A DNA stretch of 64,000 nt from an uncultured delta proteobacterium (GCA_963848135.1 CAWKCK010000002.1:573684-637683), one strand, 5' to 3'. Counted from the stretch's first letter, positions 30,388 to 42,435 are shown. The notes: a model not told the origin generated them from the letters alone. Program-made: numbers and translations.

Positions 30388-32994
30388 TCAGACGACAAGG
30401 TTCACGAGCTTATTCTTTACCACGATGGCCTTTTTAACGGCCTGCCCCTCGATAAATTTCTGCACCTTATCGTCGGCAAGGGCCATTTTCTTGATGGTCT
30501 CCTCATCGGTATCGGCGGCGACCGTAAACCGACTTCTCAGTTTACCGTTCACCTGGATTACGATCAGTAGTTCGTCCATTTCGAGCGCGCTTGCCCTGAA
30601 CCTTGGCCACGGTTGCTGAAGGACACTGGATTCGTGGCCCAATGCCTGCCAGAGTTCTTCAGAAAAATGCGGCACGATGGGCGACAGCAATAGAACGACA
30701 GTATCCATGGCTAACCGCATGACCGATAGCGTCTCCTTGGGCTGGTCACCAGGTTCAATAGCTGACATGGCGTTAAAGAGTTCCATGACACCGCTGATGA
30801 CCGTATTGAAATGGAACCGTTCTTCGATGTCCTTGCTGACCCGCTGGATTGTCCGGTGAATCTTGCGATAAAGATCTCTGGCCGCTTCATCGAGACCGTC
30901 TGCATCACCGTCAAAAGGCAATACGCCGTCAATCGTTCCGATCCAGTTCGCAAAAAATCGCCATACGCGGTTCAAAAATCGATATCCGCCATCGACCCCT
31001 TGCTCACTCCACTCTAAATCTCTTTCCGGTGGCGCCGCAAACAGGCAGAAGAGTCTTGTGGTATCGGCGCCATATTTTTCGAGTAAAACATTGGGATCCA
31101 CCACATTTTTTTTTGATTTTGACATCTTTTCGATACGGCCGACGATAACCGGTTGACCGCACGCAGCACAATGGCGTTCACCTGCTGTTTCGTCGATCTC
31201 CTCCGGCAGTAAAAAGCCGTGTTGCGGACACGTCATAGTCTCTTTGCATACCATTCCCTGAGTCAACAAACGGGTAAAAGGCTCCTTGAAATCAACGAGC
31301 CCCATCTCTTTCAGTACCCGGGTGTAGTATCGTGAATAGAGCAGATGCAGAATGGCATGCTCAACCCCTCCGATATACTGGTCAACCGGCATCCAGTAGT
31401 CCACGGCACTGCGCTTGAACATCCCCTGACTGAAGTCGGGGCTGCAGTAGCGCTCGAAATACCAGGAGGACTCGACAAAAGTATCCATCGTGTCAGTTTC
31501 CCGGCGGGCATCGTGTCGTCCGCACTGGGGGCAAACGGTTTCGGCAAAAGTTTTCAGCTGCGGCAGAGGTGATTTCCCGCCCTCAAGCAAATCAGCGTCT
31601 TCAGGCAGCAAAACCGGCAGATCTTTTTCCGCTACCGGTACAACGCCGCAGTCGATACAGTGCACCATCGGTATCGGCGCACCCCAATACCGCTGACGGG
31701 ATATCCCCCAATCCCGCAGTCGAAAGCTGACTGTCCTTTTACCGATGTTACGCGATTCGATAAAAGCGGCAATTTCGCCCTTCGCCTTTTCATTCTGCAT
31801 ACCATCGAAGGCGCCTGAATTGATCATAATACCTTCTCCGGTGTAAGCTTCGGTCATTGCTGCGGTGGAAAGGTCTTTGTCCTCGGGTTTGACGACCACG
31901 ATGATGTCGAGGCCGTATTTTTTCGCAAATTCAAAGTCCCGCTGGTCGTGTGCCGGAACGGACATGACCGCTCCGGTGCCGTATTCCATCAGTGCAAAGT
32001 TGGCGGTGAAAATCGGTATGCGCTTTTTTGTTAGCGGATTGATGCAGTATGCCCCAATAAAAACCCCTTCTTTTTCGTTACCTTCGACCGTTTTGGCTGA
32101 GCGGTCCTGCATGGCCATGCGATCGACGAAATCGTCTATCGCTTTCTCTTGAGGCGAGTTTCTGGAAAGATCGATCACCAAGGGATGTTCCGGAGCCAGA
32201 ACCATAAACGTCGCACCAAAAACCGTGTCCTGGCGGGTTGTAAACACGGGAATAAAGTCATTTTGATCATCAACCGGATTTTCGAGTGGAAATTTGATCT
32301 CGGCGCCGGAACTCTTGCCGATCCAGTTCTTTTGCATGGTGATCACTTTTTCCGGCCATCCCGGAAGGCGATCACAGTAAAGCAGAAGATCTTCGGCATA
32401 GTCGGTCACCCGAAAAAACCATTGCCACAATTTTTTCTGTCGAACAGGCTTGCCACAGCGCCAGCATAGGCCGGCTTCCACCTGCTCATTGGCCAGCACT
32501 GTCTGGCAGGGATCGCACCAGTTGACATAGGATTCCTTGCGATAGGCCATCCCCTTCTCATACATCTTCAGAAACAGCCATTGCTCCCAGCGGTAATAAT
32601 CCGGCCGACATGTCGCGATCTCACGGTCCCAGTCGTAGCTGAAGCCCATCCGTTTCAGTTGGGAACGCATAGTGTCAATGTTGTCATAGGTCCAGCGCGC
32701 CGGGTGGCTCTTGTTGGCGATGGCGGCATTTTCAGCCGGCATGCCAAAGGCATCCCACCCCATCGGATGAAGGACGTTATAGCCTCGCATTCGCATGTAG
32801 CGCGCCACAACATCGCCGATAGTGTAGTTGCGCACATGCCCCATGTGGATTTTGCCGGAAGGATATGGAAACATTTCCAAGAGGTAGTATTTCTTCCGTT
32901 CTGGCTCTTCTTTTACGCTGAACAACTGGGTTTCATCCCAAAACTTCTGCCATTTGACTTCGAGGGATTGCGGGGTGTATTTTTCGTCGATCAT
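30388..32994 (-). CDS. leuS: Leucine--tRNA ligase
   Basis: MFPYPSG, HMGH (HIGH motif), KMSKS. Confidence 0.98.
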   Translation of the reverse strand: MIDEKYTPQSLEVKWQKFWDETQLFSVKEEPERKKYYLLEMFPYPSGKIHMGHVRNYTIGDVVARYMRMRGYNVLHPMGWDAFGMPAENAAIANKSHPARWTYDNIDTMRSQLKRMGFSYDWDREIATCRPDYYRWEQWLFLKMYEKGMAYRKESYVNWCDPCQTVLANEQVEAGLCWRCGKPVRQKKLWQWFFRVTDYAEDLLLYCDRLPGWPEKVITMQKNWIGKSSGAEIKFPLENPVDDQNDFIPVFTTRQDTVFGATFMVLAPEHPLVIDLSRNSPQEKAIDDFVDRMAMQDRSAKTVEGNEKEGVFIGAYCINPLTKKRIPIFTANFALMEYGTGAVMSVPAHDQRDFEFAKKYGLDIIVVVKPEDKDLSTAAMTEAYTGEGIMINSGAFDGMQNEKAKGEIAAFIESRNIGKRTVSFRLRDWGISRQRYWGAPIPMVHCIDCGVVPVAEKDLPVLLPEDADLLEGGKSPLPQLKTFAETVCPQCGRHDARRETDTMDTFVESSWYFERYCSPDFSQGMFKRSAVDYWMPVDQYIGGVEHAILHLLYSRYYTRVLKEMGLVDFKEPFTRLLTQGMVCKETMTCPQHGFLLPEEIDETAGERHCAACGQPVIVGRIEKMSKSKKNVVDPNVLLEKYGADTTRLFCLFAAPPERDLEWSEQGVDGGYRFLNRVWRFFANWIGTIDGVLPFDGDADGLDEAARDLYRKIHRTIQRVSKDIEERFHFNTVISGVMELFNAMSAIEPGDQPKETLSVMRLAMDTVVLLLSPIVPHFSEELWQALGHESSVLQQPWPRFRASALEMDELLIVIQVNGKLRSRFTVAADTDEETIKKMALADDKVQKFIEGQAVKKAIVVKNKLVNLVV

Positions 32995-33411
32995 GGACGC
33001 CTTACCTCTCTATCTGATTTGCGCAGCGCAATAAACCGCGTCGATCACGGCAATTTCGCCGATTGGAGCCGCCTATTAAGGCTGCGCGAATATTGACTCA
33101 TCATATCGTGGCTGCCGGTTATGTCATAAGACACCGAAGATGGCGCGATCGTCCATCGGCATTTATCGATATATGCAACAAAATCGGTATTTCTCATGCC
33201 ATAATATGGAACAAATAGCAAGGTAACCGCGATATATTGGTTAAACCGGTACGTACCTGCCTGACCATCTTGCACGACCTATTCCGTGAATTCTGTAAAC
33301 CTGTTCCCTGTGCATAGAGGTCAATCGGGCCAGAACCAAGAATGAATCGACAACGGACCCGAGACCGCCTATTTCCCTTTTTCTCTCCCGGCATCATCAA
33401 ATAAAAACTGT

Positions 33412-33440
33412 TTGACTTGATTGATATAATTTCATAGTCT
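33412..33440 (+). promoter_or_regulatory. Sigma70-type promoter for rne/rng
   Basis: TTGACT-N17-TAGTCT, about 100 nt upstream of the ATG. Confidence 0.55.
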
Positions 33441-33539
33441 GATGGTTTAAAAAAATTCACTAATGATGACGCGTCCGGGCTGGGGCAATTTCGATCCGAT
33501 TACCTAAATTCACGATACCTATACAGGGGCTAATCCTAA

Positions 33540-35000
33540 ATGAACAGCAAAATCCTTATCAATGCCGTCGACCAAGAAGAGTGCCGCATTGCCAAGGTCA
33601 CAGACAGCAAATTGGAAGAGTTTCACATCGAAAACGCTTCGCGAGAAATCACCCAAGGCAATATTCATAAAGGTGTGATTACCCGGATCGAACCCAGCCT
33701 CCAAGCCGTATTTGTCGACTATGGAGCCGAGCGACACGGTTTCCTGCAGCGACATGACATTCACCGGGATTACTATCATGACAGCCCCAACGGTGATCTT
33801 AACCTGGGAGCCATTGTCAAAAGGGGTCAACAATTACTGGTTCAGATTTCAAAAGACCCGATTGCCCAGAAAGGGGCCATGCTCACCACATTTATCTCCC
33901 TGCCGGGTCGGTACATGGTTCTGATGCCGGGAAGTGACTCTCGCGGGATATCCCGCAAGGTTGAAAGTGAAGAAGAGCGTCAGCGGTTGAAAGACATCTT
34001 AGGTTCCCTCAAACTTCCGGATGAATACGGCGCCATTGTGCGTACTGCCGGAGAAAACTGTAACAAAACCCAGCTCAGCAAGGATCTCAACTACCTGATG
34101 CGCCTCTGGAAAAATATCAAGATCAGCGTCGGGAAAGAACAGGCACCGGCGATATTGTATAAAGAACGCAATCTCGTACTGCGCTCGATCCGGGACTCTT
34201 TTACTGCAGATGTCACCGAAATACTGATCGACGACGCACCGGTGTTTAACGAAGTCAAGGATTTCATCAAAATCATATCTCCCAAACATATTAAAATCGT
34301 AAAACTTTACAAGGGCGACAAACCCTTGTTTACGAAATTTCAACTCGAAAACCAAATCGCGTCCATTTTTGACAACCGCGTCCCCCTTGTTTCCGGCGGT
34401 TCGATTGTCATCGAACAAACCGAAGCCTTGGTGGCAATCGATGTCAACTCCGGTAAAGCCACCCAGAAAAAATCCATCGAAGAAACTGCGCTCCAGACCA
34501 ATTTGGAGGCCGCAGAAGAAATCGCACGACAGCTGCGGCTTCGCGATTTAGGTGGGCTGATCGTCATCGATTTCATCGACATGAAGGAACTTCGGAACCG
34601 TGCTGAAATTGAACGCACCATGAAAAATTTCATCAAATCGGACAAGGCACGGATCAAAGTGGGCCGGATAAGCGGTTTCGGCCTGATGCAGATGTCGCGG
34701 CAGCGCATACGGCCATCCATAGAGTTTAGCAGTTACGTTGCCTGTAAGAATTGTCAAGGCAAAGGCGTCACCCCTTCGACTGAAACCTTGGTGCTGAGTT
34801 TCCTGCGCAAGCTCCGCCTCAAAACGCTCAAGGGAGATTTGACCAGTGTCAAGGGTGTCGTACCAGCGGAAGTCGCACGCTATTTGTTGAATAAAAAAAG
34901 AAAAGAAATCCTGGATCTCGAAATGCGCCGCAATCTTCGCATTACCATCGAAGGCAACGCCGTCATGGCACCCGGGGAAAGCGACATAATAATTAATTAA
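33540..35000 (+). CDS. Ribonuclease E/G family (catalytic domain only, RNase G-sized)
   Basis: S1 domain GNIHKG...LQAVFVDYG, IDVNSG, DLGGLIVIDFIDM, CxxC zinc link. Confidence 0.93.
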   Translation: MNSKILINAVDQEECRIAKVTDSKLEEFHIENASREITQGNIHKGVITRIEPSLQAVFVDYGAERHGFLQRHDIHRDYYHDSPNGDLNLGAIVKRGQQLLVQISKDPIAQKGAMLTTFISLPGRYMVLMPGSDSRGISRKVESEEERQRLKDILGSLKLPDEYGAIVRTAGENCNKTQLSKDLNYLMRLWKNIKISVGKEQAPAILYKERNLVLRSIRDSFTADVTEILIDDAPVFNEVKDFIKIISPKHIKIVKLYKGDKPLFTKFQLENQIASIFDNRVPLVSGGSIVIEQTEALVAIDVNSGKATQKKSIEETALQTNLEAAEEIARQLRLRDLGGLIVIDFIDMKELRNRAEIERTMKNFIKSDKARIKVGRISGFGLMQMSRQRIRPSIEFSSYVACKNCQGKGVTPSTETLVLSFLRKLRLKTLKGDLTSVKGVVPAEVARYLLNKKRKEILDLEMRRNLRITIEGNAVMAPGESDIIIN

Positions 35001-35350
35001 TTTCCGTCCATAAGTGACCCTTCCCCGCAGTTTCGTCGTCAATCACGCCGAAAGCTGACAAGGCGCCGGAATCGCTTGTGCGGCGTACGATAACATCACA
35101 AAAAAGTTGCCATTGGCAAATTGAAATATCCACTTTTTTGTGGACGCGCGACGATTGCGCAACCGGAAATGGCAAGAAACGATTGACCTTAAGTAGCGAT
35201 TACAGTATATCATCGCCGTTTTAATGACGCCGTATTCTAATTCGGCCTAACCGCACGCGGATCGACTCATATGGTTCACTGGCGAGTGTCCGGACCAACC
35301 CGGTCTTTTGTCAGGCAAGGAAACGTACCGCGTCAATGCAGTAAGGAGGT

Positions 35351-35701
35351 TTGATCTTGTTTGGAATAGCTTACGCAATGGGACAAGGTGGCGGAGCCGG
35401 TGGCGAAGGTGCAGCAGGTTTCACCGGTTTCATTCCGCTGATCCTGATGTTTGTCATCTTTTATTTTCTGCTCATACGGCCCCAGCAGAAAAAAACGAAA
35501 GAGCACCGTGAAATGATCTCCAACTTGAAGAAGGGAGACCGCATTATCACCAGCGGCGGTATATACGGTCGCATCACTGGAATGGACGAATCGACGCTTA
35601 CGGTCGAAATCGCGGACAAGGTTCGCGTCAAAGTCGGCCGCAGCAATGTCGGTGGTATGGTACAAGCCGGGCCGGCGGCCCCGACAGAAAAGAAGTCCTG
35701 A
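35351..35701 (+). CDS. yajC: Preprotein translocase subunit YajC
   Basis: FYFLLIRPQQKK, LKKGDRIITSGGIYG; AGGAGG before TTG. Confidence 0.95.
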   Translation: MILFGIAYAMGQGGGAGGEGAAGFTGFIPLILMFVIFYFLLIRPQQKKTKEHREMISNLKKGDRIITSGGIYGRITGMDESTLTVEIADKVRVKVGRSNVGGMVQAGPAAPTEKKS

Positions 35702-36028
35702 CTTTCACATACACCACAAGGTTACCGACGTAACCGATACAGTAAATTGTCGAAGGCCCCAATCTGCCGGAGGAGGAGCTGTAAGGCAAAGGCACCAAGA
35801 ATTGGTGTCGGCCGGTTCGCTACGCTGGCTCAGCCTGATCAACCGGTGCGCGGGGCTTTCCTATGACCACCCCCCACATCATGAGCCGCACCAATGCTCT
35901 CTGTACAAAGGCGGTCGGTCACAATAAGGTGTCGGTGGAATCGATACGACCATTGGTGAATACGATCGTAGAATTTCCTGCCAAGGCAGGGATTTTCAAT
36001 TTTTGAGATATAAGAAAGGAACGGATCA

Positions 36029-37606
36029 TTGAAGAAATTTTCCTGGAAATCGATATTCGTTCTCGCGGTTATTCTGATTGCCATCATTTACCTGTTACCG
36101 ACGATTCGAGCCGGGTGGTGGCCGCACAAAAGAATCAATCTCGGGCTAGATCTCCAGGGCGGCATGCATCTGGTGCTCGAAGTCGAAACGGAGAAAGCGG
36201 TTGACAATAATATCGAGCGGATCGGTCAAGAGTTGCGCGGTTTTTTAAAATCGGAACGTATCCGGCAGACCGGTCTCAATGTTGTGCGTGGCAATCAAAT
36301 CGAGGTCAAGCTTCCCGATAGCGAGAACCTCGGTAAATTTGACGCACTTCTCAACAAAGAATTTGCCGGGCTGGAGACCTCTCGCAAAAGTGAAGGGGAT
36401 GCCACCGTGGTAAATATCCGTCTTCCGCAAGCGGAGGAAACCCACATCAAGGACATGGCCGTCAGGCAAGCCCTTGAAACTATACGAAACCGGATCGATC
36501 AGTTCGGTGTCAGTGAACCGGATATCAGGCGCCAGGGAGAAAACCGCATCCTGGTGCAACTTCCCGGGGTCAAGGAGACCGAAAGAGCCAAGGACTTGAT
36601 CGGAAAAACAGCCCTTCTGGAATTCAAACTGGTCGACGAAGAAAATGACGTCAACGCCGCTCTCAAGGGTACACTCCCTAAAGACGATGAAATTTTATAT
36701 GAATATGACCTGGACCCCCAAACCGGCAATCGAGTCGGTCAGGTGCCGTACCTTCTGAAAAAAAGAACCTTACTGACAGGCGCACAGCTGACAGACGCTC
36801 GGGTGCAAATCGATAGTCAGTACAACGAACCGCATGTGTCGATCGCCTTCGATAAAAAGGGATCTCGTATTTTCGAGAAAATCACCGAGGAAAATGTCAA
36901 GAAACGCCTGGCCATCGTATTGGACAACCGGGTTTACTCGGCCCCGGTTATCCAGGAAAAAATCGCCGGCGGCCAGGCCCGAATTACCGGGCGCTTCAGC
37001 GCTGAAGAAGCCAACGATCTGGCCATCGCCCTGCGCGCCGGTGCCCTGCCTGCTCCGGTAAAAATCCTTGAAGAACGTACTGTGGGTCCTTCTCTGGGTT
37101 CGGATTCGATTCGCCAGGGCTTGATATCCATGTGCATCGGCGGCATCTTGGTCATCCTCTTTATGGCCGTCTACTACAAAGGATCCGGCCTTATCGCCAA
37201 CTTCGCCCTGCTCCTGAACATCGTATTAATCAGTGGTGGACTGGCCGCATTCCAAGCAACCCTCACCCTGCCGGGTATCGCTGGCATCATTTTGACAATA
37301 GGTATGTCGGTGGATGCCAACGTGTTGATATTTGAACGAATACGCGAAGAACTCAACCTGGGAAAAACACCACGGGCGGCGGTTGACGCCGGTTACAACA
37401 GGGCCACCCTGACGATCCTGGACGCCAACGTCACCACCTTGATCGCCGCACTGGTGCTATTTCAGTTCGGTACCGGACCGATTAAAGGATTTGCGGTGAC
37501 CTTGAGCCTGGGTGTGATTGCCAGCCTGTTTACGGCCCTGATCATGACCCGTCAGATCTTTGAATATTTATTGATCAAACGCAATATGAAACGCCTGAGC
37601 ATCTGA
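36029..37606 (+). CDS. secD: Protein translocase subunit SecD
   Basis: LGLDLQGG, RNRIDQFGVSEP, TVGPSLG, DANVLIFERIREE. Confidence 0.97.
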   Translation: MKKFSWKSIFVLAVILIAIIYLLPTIRAGWWPHKRINLGLDLQGGMHLVLEVETEKAVDNNIERIGQELRGFLKSERIRQTGLNVVRGNQIEVKLPDSENLGKFDALLNKEFAGLETSRKSEGDATVVNIRLPQAEETHIKDMAVRQALETIRNRIDQFGVSEPDIRRQGENRILVQLPGVKETERAKDLIGKTALLEFKLVDEENDVNAALKGTLPKDDEILYEYDLDPQTGNRVGQVPYLLKKRTLLTGAQLTDARVQIDSQYNEPHVSIAFDKKGSRIFEKITEENVKKRLAIVLDNRVYSAPVIQEKIAGGQARITGRFSAEEANDLAIALRAGALPAPVKILEERTVGPSLGSDSIRQGLISMCIGGILVILFMAVYYKGSGLIANFALLLNIVLISGGLAAFQATLTLPGIAGIILTIGMSVDANVLIFERIREELNLGKTPRAAVDAGYNRATLTILDANVTTLIAALVLFQFGTGPIKGFAVTLSLGVIASLFTALIMTRQIFEYLLIKRNMKRLSI

Positions 37607-37697
37607 GACCACCGCAGTGAAAATTCAGGCGGACAAAGACCATCGGCGCCATTTGGTCCAATACGTTTTTCCATAAACCTGAAAAGGGGTTGCATCC

Positions 37698-38738
37698 ATG
37701 CAGTTCATCAAGCCAGACGTCAACATCAACTTCATCGGCAAACGAAAAATTGCCTACACTATATCACTGGCGATGCTATTGGTCAGTGTCGCTTCCCTCG
37801 TGCTGAAGGGCGGTCCGGAATACGGCGTCGATTTTGCCGGTGGAACGGTGATACAGGTCAAATTCAGCGAACCGGTTGGTATCGACGTCGTTAAAGCGGG
37901 ATTGACCGGCGGTGGTGTAACAACGACGTCCGTTCAGCGATTTGGGGAAAAGGGCGACAATGAATTTCTACTGCGCACTGAAGCGATCGACGAAGTTTCC
38001 GAGGGGTTCGCTTCGCGTCTTCAGGAGCAACTCAAATCTGCCTCTGGCGCAGATGTTGAAATTCGACGGGTCGAAATGGTCGGCCCCCAGGTCGGCAAGG
38101 ACCTTCGAGAAAAAGCATTGCTGGCGATGTTCTATGCCCTGCTCTTCATTACCATCTACATTTCCGGTCGTTTCGAATACAAATGGATGCTCAGCGGCAT
38201 CATGGCTGCCGCTCTGGCGGGTGCGATTTATATCTTTATTCTCTTCAAAGTGAGTGTCCCCTTCCTGATCACCGGCGCCCTGATAGTGTCCCTGCTCCTA
38301 TTTTGGTTCCTTGAACTCAAGTACGCGATGGGGGCGATCGTCGCGTTGATTCACGATGTTACGATCACCGTGGGTATATTTTCCATTTTCGGCAAGGAAT
38401 TTACCCTGCCGATCATCGCTGCCCTTCTGACCATCATCGGTTATTCACTCAACGACACCATCATCGTATTTGACCGTATTCGCGAAAACCTGCGCAAGCA
38501 CCATAAGCAACCGCTTGTTTTCATCATCAATCGCAGTGTCAACGAAACTTTGAGCCGAACGATACTGACCTCGATCACGACACTGGTTGTGGTCGTGACG
38601 CTATACCTTTTCGGTGGCGGCATTATTCACGACTTTGCGTTTGCGCTGATGGTTGGCATTCTTATCGGTACGTACTCGTCGATTTATGTGGCCAGTCCTA
38701 TCCTGATCGCGTGGCAGCAATCAAAGAAAAAAGCCTGA
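37698..38738 (+). CDS. secF: Protein translocase subunit SecF
   Basis: GVDFAGG, VGPQVG, GYSLNDTIIVFDRIREN, GTYSSIYVA. Confidence 0.97.
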   Translation: MQFIKPDVNINFIGKRKIAYTISLAMLLVSVASLVLKGGPEYGVDFAGGTVIQVKFSEPVGIDVVKAGLTGGGVTTTSVQRFGEKGDNEFLLRTEAIDEVSEGFASRLQEQLKSASGADVEIRRVEMVGPQVGKDLREKALLAMFYALLFITIYISGRFEYKWMLSGIMAAALAGAIYIFILFKVSVPFLITGALIVSLLLFWFLELKYAMGAIVALIHDVTITVGIFSIFGKEFTLPIIAALLTIIGYSLNDTIIVFDRIRENLRKHHKQPLVFIINRSVNETLSRTILTSITTLVVVVTLYLFGGGIIHDFAFALMVGILIGTYSSIYVASPILIAWQQSKKKA

Positions 38739-38833
38739 CATAGCTCCGGGTGTTAAAATGCCCCTTGGCACTTTTGTTTTTTCAAAGACAATCGCACATC
38801 CTTCTGATATCCGACGGTAATCAATAGTACAAG

Positions 38834-39964
38834 ATGATGGAAGAGATTCTCCCCTGGTTTTTCTTAAAAAGTGTACCAGGAATCGGCAATTACTTATTTA
38901 AGCGTCTTATCGATGGTTTGGGCTCCCCGGAACAGATCCTGGCAGCCTCCGATAGTGAACTGGCGGCCATCGAAGGAATGAGCAGGACACGGGTCCATGG
39001 GTTGAGGGTTCACCGGCTTCCGGACCGGGTCAGGCAAGACCTCCACCTTGTCCGGCAAAAGAATATCCGGATCGTCACAATGAATGATCCGGATTATCCC
39101 GAGCTTCTGCTTCAAATACCCGATCCTCCCCCTTTTCTGTATCTGCATGGCCGACTGGAACAAAAGACCAGCGCTATCGCGATGGTCGGCTCCCGGATGG
39201 CCACGCGGTATGGCGTATCTGTCGCCCGGCGCCTAAGCGCCGAGCTGGCCGCCTGCGGTCTCACGGTGGTCAGTGGCATGGCGCGGGGAATTGACACCGC
39301 CGCACACGAAGGGGCACTACTGGGTGGTGGCCGAACGATCGCCGTGCTCGGCAGCGGCCTCGATCGAATTTATCCGACAGAGAACCAGCGCCTGGCAGAC
39401 AAAATAGCGCAAAACGGTGCCGTGGTCAGTGAGTTCCCTTTGTTGACAGAACCCGAACCCCATAATTTTCCTATTCGCAACCGGATAATCAGCGGGATGT
39501 GCTACGGAACAGTCATTGTCGAAGCTACCAAAAAGAGCGGGTCTCTGATCACTGCCAGACTTGCGAATGAACAAAATCGGGAGGTATTCGCGGTTCCTGG
39601 CAGTATCCAGTCATTCAAAAGCACAGGGACCCACACACTGATCAAGCAGGGTGCCAAATTGGTTGAAAATGCGCAGGATGTGCTGGAAGAAATTGCCGGA
39701 GCCGTTTTCCTGAACAACACGCAGAACGAAATTCGGCCTTGGCCGGCAAACGAATCTATAGAGCTGACCCCAGAGGAAAACGTGGTTTATCGAAACCTGG
39801 ATTCCTACCCAATCCATATCGACGATCTGGGTCGCAAGACAGCCATGGCACCCGGCAAACTGTCGAGCCTTCTTCTGGCGCTTGAACTGAAAGGCATTGT
39901 CGAACAATTACCTGGCAAATTTTTTACCAAAGTTGACGGGGAATCTTTTCAGCGTAATATTTGA
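38834..39964 (+). CDS. dprA: DNA-processing protein DprA
   Basis: VGSR, SGMARGIDTAAH, FPIRNRIISG, SGSLITA, REVFAVPG; C-terminal winged helix. Confidence 0.95.
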   Translation: MMEEILPWFFLKSVPGIGNYLFKRLIDGLGSPEQILAASDSELAAIEGMSRTRVHGLRVHRLPDRVRQDLHLVRQKNIRIVTMNDPDYPELLLQIPDPPPFLYLHGRLEQKTSAIAMVGSRMATRYGVSVARRLSAELAACGLTVVSGMARGIDTAAHEGALLGGGRTIAVLGSGLDRIYPTENQRLADKIAQNGAVVSEFPLLTEPEPHNFPIRNRIISGMCYGTVIVEATKKSGSLITARLANEQNREVFAVPGSIQSFKSTGTHTLIKQGAKLVENAQDVLEEIAGAVFLNNTQNEIRPWPANESIELTPEENVVYRNLDSYPIHIDDLGRKTAMAPGKLSSLLLALELKGIVEQLPGKFFTKVDGESFQRNI

Positions 39965-40035
39965 ACCTGTCGAATCGAATTGACATCCATCGCGCGGGTG
40001 ACAACCGCGATGGATTAACCATAAGAGGTGCAGTA

Positions 40036-42351
40036 GTGACAAAGCCCCTGCTCGTCGTCGAATCACCGACGAAAGTGAAAACTCTGAAAAAATATCTTGG
40101 CAAAAATTTTAATATTGCCGCAACGGTCGGACACCTGAAAGACCTGCCGGAAAAAGAAATGGGCATTGACGTCGACAATGGATTCAAGCCCAAATACCGC
40201 AGCATCCCCGGCAAGCAGCGCGTGATCAAAGACTTGAAACGGTCGGCCGGCAATACAGAGGACGTCTATCTGGCGCCGGACCCGGACCGCGAAGGTGAGG
40301 CGATCGCCTGGCACACAGCGGAGATCCTGAAAAAAAAGGGCCGCAAATTTTTCCGGGTGCTCTTTCACGAGTTGACCGAAAATGCCATCAAGGAGGCAAT
40401 CACCGCACCGCAAGAACTCAACCGCCACAAGTACGAGGCCCAACAGGCGCGACGGATTCTCGATCGGATTGTCGGTTACCAGATATCGCCCCTGCTGTGG
40501 CGTAAAGTTAAAGGCGGCCTCAGCGCCGGCCGTGTTCAATCCGTGGCGCTACGAATTATCTGCGAAAGAGAGCGCGCCATCCAGGCCTTTGAAACGGTAG
40601 AGTATTGGTCGATAACAGCCAATCTCGAGGCCGAAAGCCCGCCGGTGTTCTTCGCCAAGCTGGTTAAGAAACAAGGCAAAAAGATTGTGATTCCGGACGG
40701 TGAGTCGGCCCAGGGAATTCTGGCTGCGCTCGGCGATGAAAAATTCGTCGTTGACACCGTCCATAAAAAAACCACTAAACGCAATCCACTGCCGCCATTC
40801 ACAACCAGCAAGCTTCAGCAGGATGCGATCCGCAAGCTCCGTTTTTCAGCCAAAAAGGCCATGGTCGTCGCCCAGCAACTCTACGAAGGAATTGAGCTGG
40901 GCCCCGGCGAGCCAGTCGGTTTGATCACTTATATGCGCACCGACTCCACCCGCATTTCCAATGAGGCCGCCATCGAGGCCCTCCAGCTTGTCCGGGAACA
41001 GTTCGGCAAAGAATATACTCTCGATAAACCGCGATTTTTCAAGAACAAGAAAAAAGTTCAAGACGCCCACGAGGCCATTCGCCCGACATCGGTATACAAT
41101 ACACCGGAAAAAGTAGCCCCTTTTCTTTCTCCCGACCAGTTGGCTCTCTACCGCTTGATCTGGCAGCGTTTCGTGGCATCACAGATGCAGCCGGCCCTGA
41201 TCAACAACGTCTCGGCTGCTATTCTGGCCGGCGATTACGTGTTCAACGCCAGCGGATCCACGATCAAATTTTTGGGTTTTATGAAGATTTACCTCTCAGC
41301 CGACGAGGAGCAGGAACAGAAACAGGCCGGCGACCGCAAAGAGGTTAACCTGCCCGAACTCACCCGCGGGATGGCACTGAAAGTACTGCAGCTCGAACCG
41401 AAACAGCACTTCACGCAACCACCACCGCGCTTCTCCGAAGCTTCGCTGGTCAAAGAACTCGAGGAAAACGGTATCGGCCGTCCCAGCACTTATGCTGCCA
41501 TCCTGACCACCATCAGGCAGAAAGGTTACGTGGATTGGTTAAAAGGATACTTTCGGCCCAGCGAACTGGGATTTATCGTCAACGATCTACTGGTCGCCAA
41601 TTTCCCCGAGATCTTCGACGTCGAATTTACCGCCCGGATGGAAGACAACCTGGACCGCATCGAGTCATCTGAAATCGGCCTTCTGCAAGTTCTCACACAT
41701 TTCTATGGCCCATTCAAATCAAAGCTCGATGTGGCCGGGGAAAAAATGCTTAGTGTCAAGGGCGTTGGAATTCCCACAGAACTCAACTGCCCGGAATGCG
41801 GAAAACAGCTTCACATTAAAGTCGGCAAGAACGGACATTTTCTGGCGTGCAGCGGATACCCGGAATGCACCTACTCAAGGGATTACGTCCGGGACGAGAA
41901 GGGACATATACAGGCCGTCGAATTGTCGACAGAAGAAGTTACCGATAAAACCTGTGATAAATGCGGCAGCCCAATGATCATAAAGCGCGGACGCTACGGT
42001 GAGTTTATGGCCTGCAGCGGATATCCTGATTGCAAGAACACGCTATCGCTAAATTCCAATGGTAACGGAAAGCCTACCGGTGTGCCATGCCCGGCTCAAG
42101 GCTGCGACGGTGATCTCGTCGAAAAAAGTTCTAAGCGCGGTAAAATCTTTTATGGCTGCAACCGGTTTCCCACCTGTGACTTCGCCACCTGGAACAAACC
42201 GGTAGCCAAAGCGTGCCCCCAGTGTAGCGCCAGCTTCATGGTCGAAAAAAGCACCAAAAAGGATGGTACATTCCTGGCCTGTCTTACCGAGGGCTGTCGA
42301 CATCGTGAAGCGTTTATCGAGGCTGACGATAATAAAGATGCCAATGATTAA
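40036..42351 (+). CDS. topA: DNA topoisomerase I
   Basis: VESPTK, DPDREGEAI, SAGRVQS, ITYMRTDS; C-terminal zinc ribbons. GTG start at 40036 after GAGGT. Confidence 0.97.
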   Translation: MTKPLLVVESPTKVKTLKKYLGKNFNIAATVGHLKDLPEKEMGIDVDNGFKPKYRSIPGKQRVIKDLKRSAGNTEDVYLAPDPDREGEAIAWHTAEILKKKGRKFFRVLFHELTENAIKEAITAPQELNRHKYEAQQARRILDRIVGYQISPLLWRKVKGGLSAGRVQSVALRIICERERAIQAFETVEYWSITANLEAESPPVFFAKLVKKQGKKIVIPDGESAQGILAALGDEKFVVDTVHKKTTKRNPLPPFTTSKLQQDAIRKLRFSAKKAMVVAQQLYEGIELGPGEPVGLITYMRTDSTRISNEAAIEALQLVREQFGKEYTLDKPRFFKNKKKVQDAHEAIRPTSVYNTPEKVAPFLSPDQLALYRLIWQRFVASQMQPALINNVSAAILAGDYVFNASGSTIKFLGFMKIYLSADEEQEQKQAGDRKEVNLPELTRGMALKVLQLEPKQHFTQPPPRFSEASLVKELEENGIGRPSTYAAILTTIRQKGYVDWLKGYFRPSELGFIVNDLLVANFPEIFDVEFTARMEDNLDRIESSEIGLLQVLTHFYGPFKSKLDVAGEKMLSVKGVGIPTELNCPECGKQLHIKVGKNGHFLACSGYPECTYSRDYVRDEKGHIQAVELSTEEVTDKTCDKCGSPMIIKRGRYGEFMACSGYPDCKNTLSLNSNGNGKPTGVPCPAQGCDGDLVEKSSKRGKIFYGCNRFPTCDFATWNKPVAKACPQCSASFMVEKSTKKDGTFLACLTEGCRHREAFIEADDNKDAND

Positions 42352-42376
42352 TTTACGTTAAACCGGACAAAACATA

Positions 42377-42406
42377 TTGACAAAGCCGTTGAGCGGCTGA
42401 TAGGGT
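42377..42406 (+). promoter_or_regulatory. Sigma70-type promoter of the ilv-leu operon
   Basis: TTGACA-N18-TAGGGT with TG extended -10, just upstream of the leader ORF. Confidence 0.55.
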
Positions 42407-42435
42407 CTGCAGAAATACAAACAACGGACTTTACA

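Noticed and set aside
32995..33400. Long region upstream of leuS as a T-box or leader
   Set aside because: No T-box consensus or terminator recognised.
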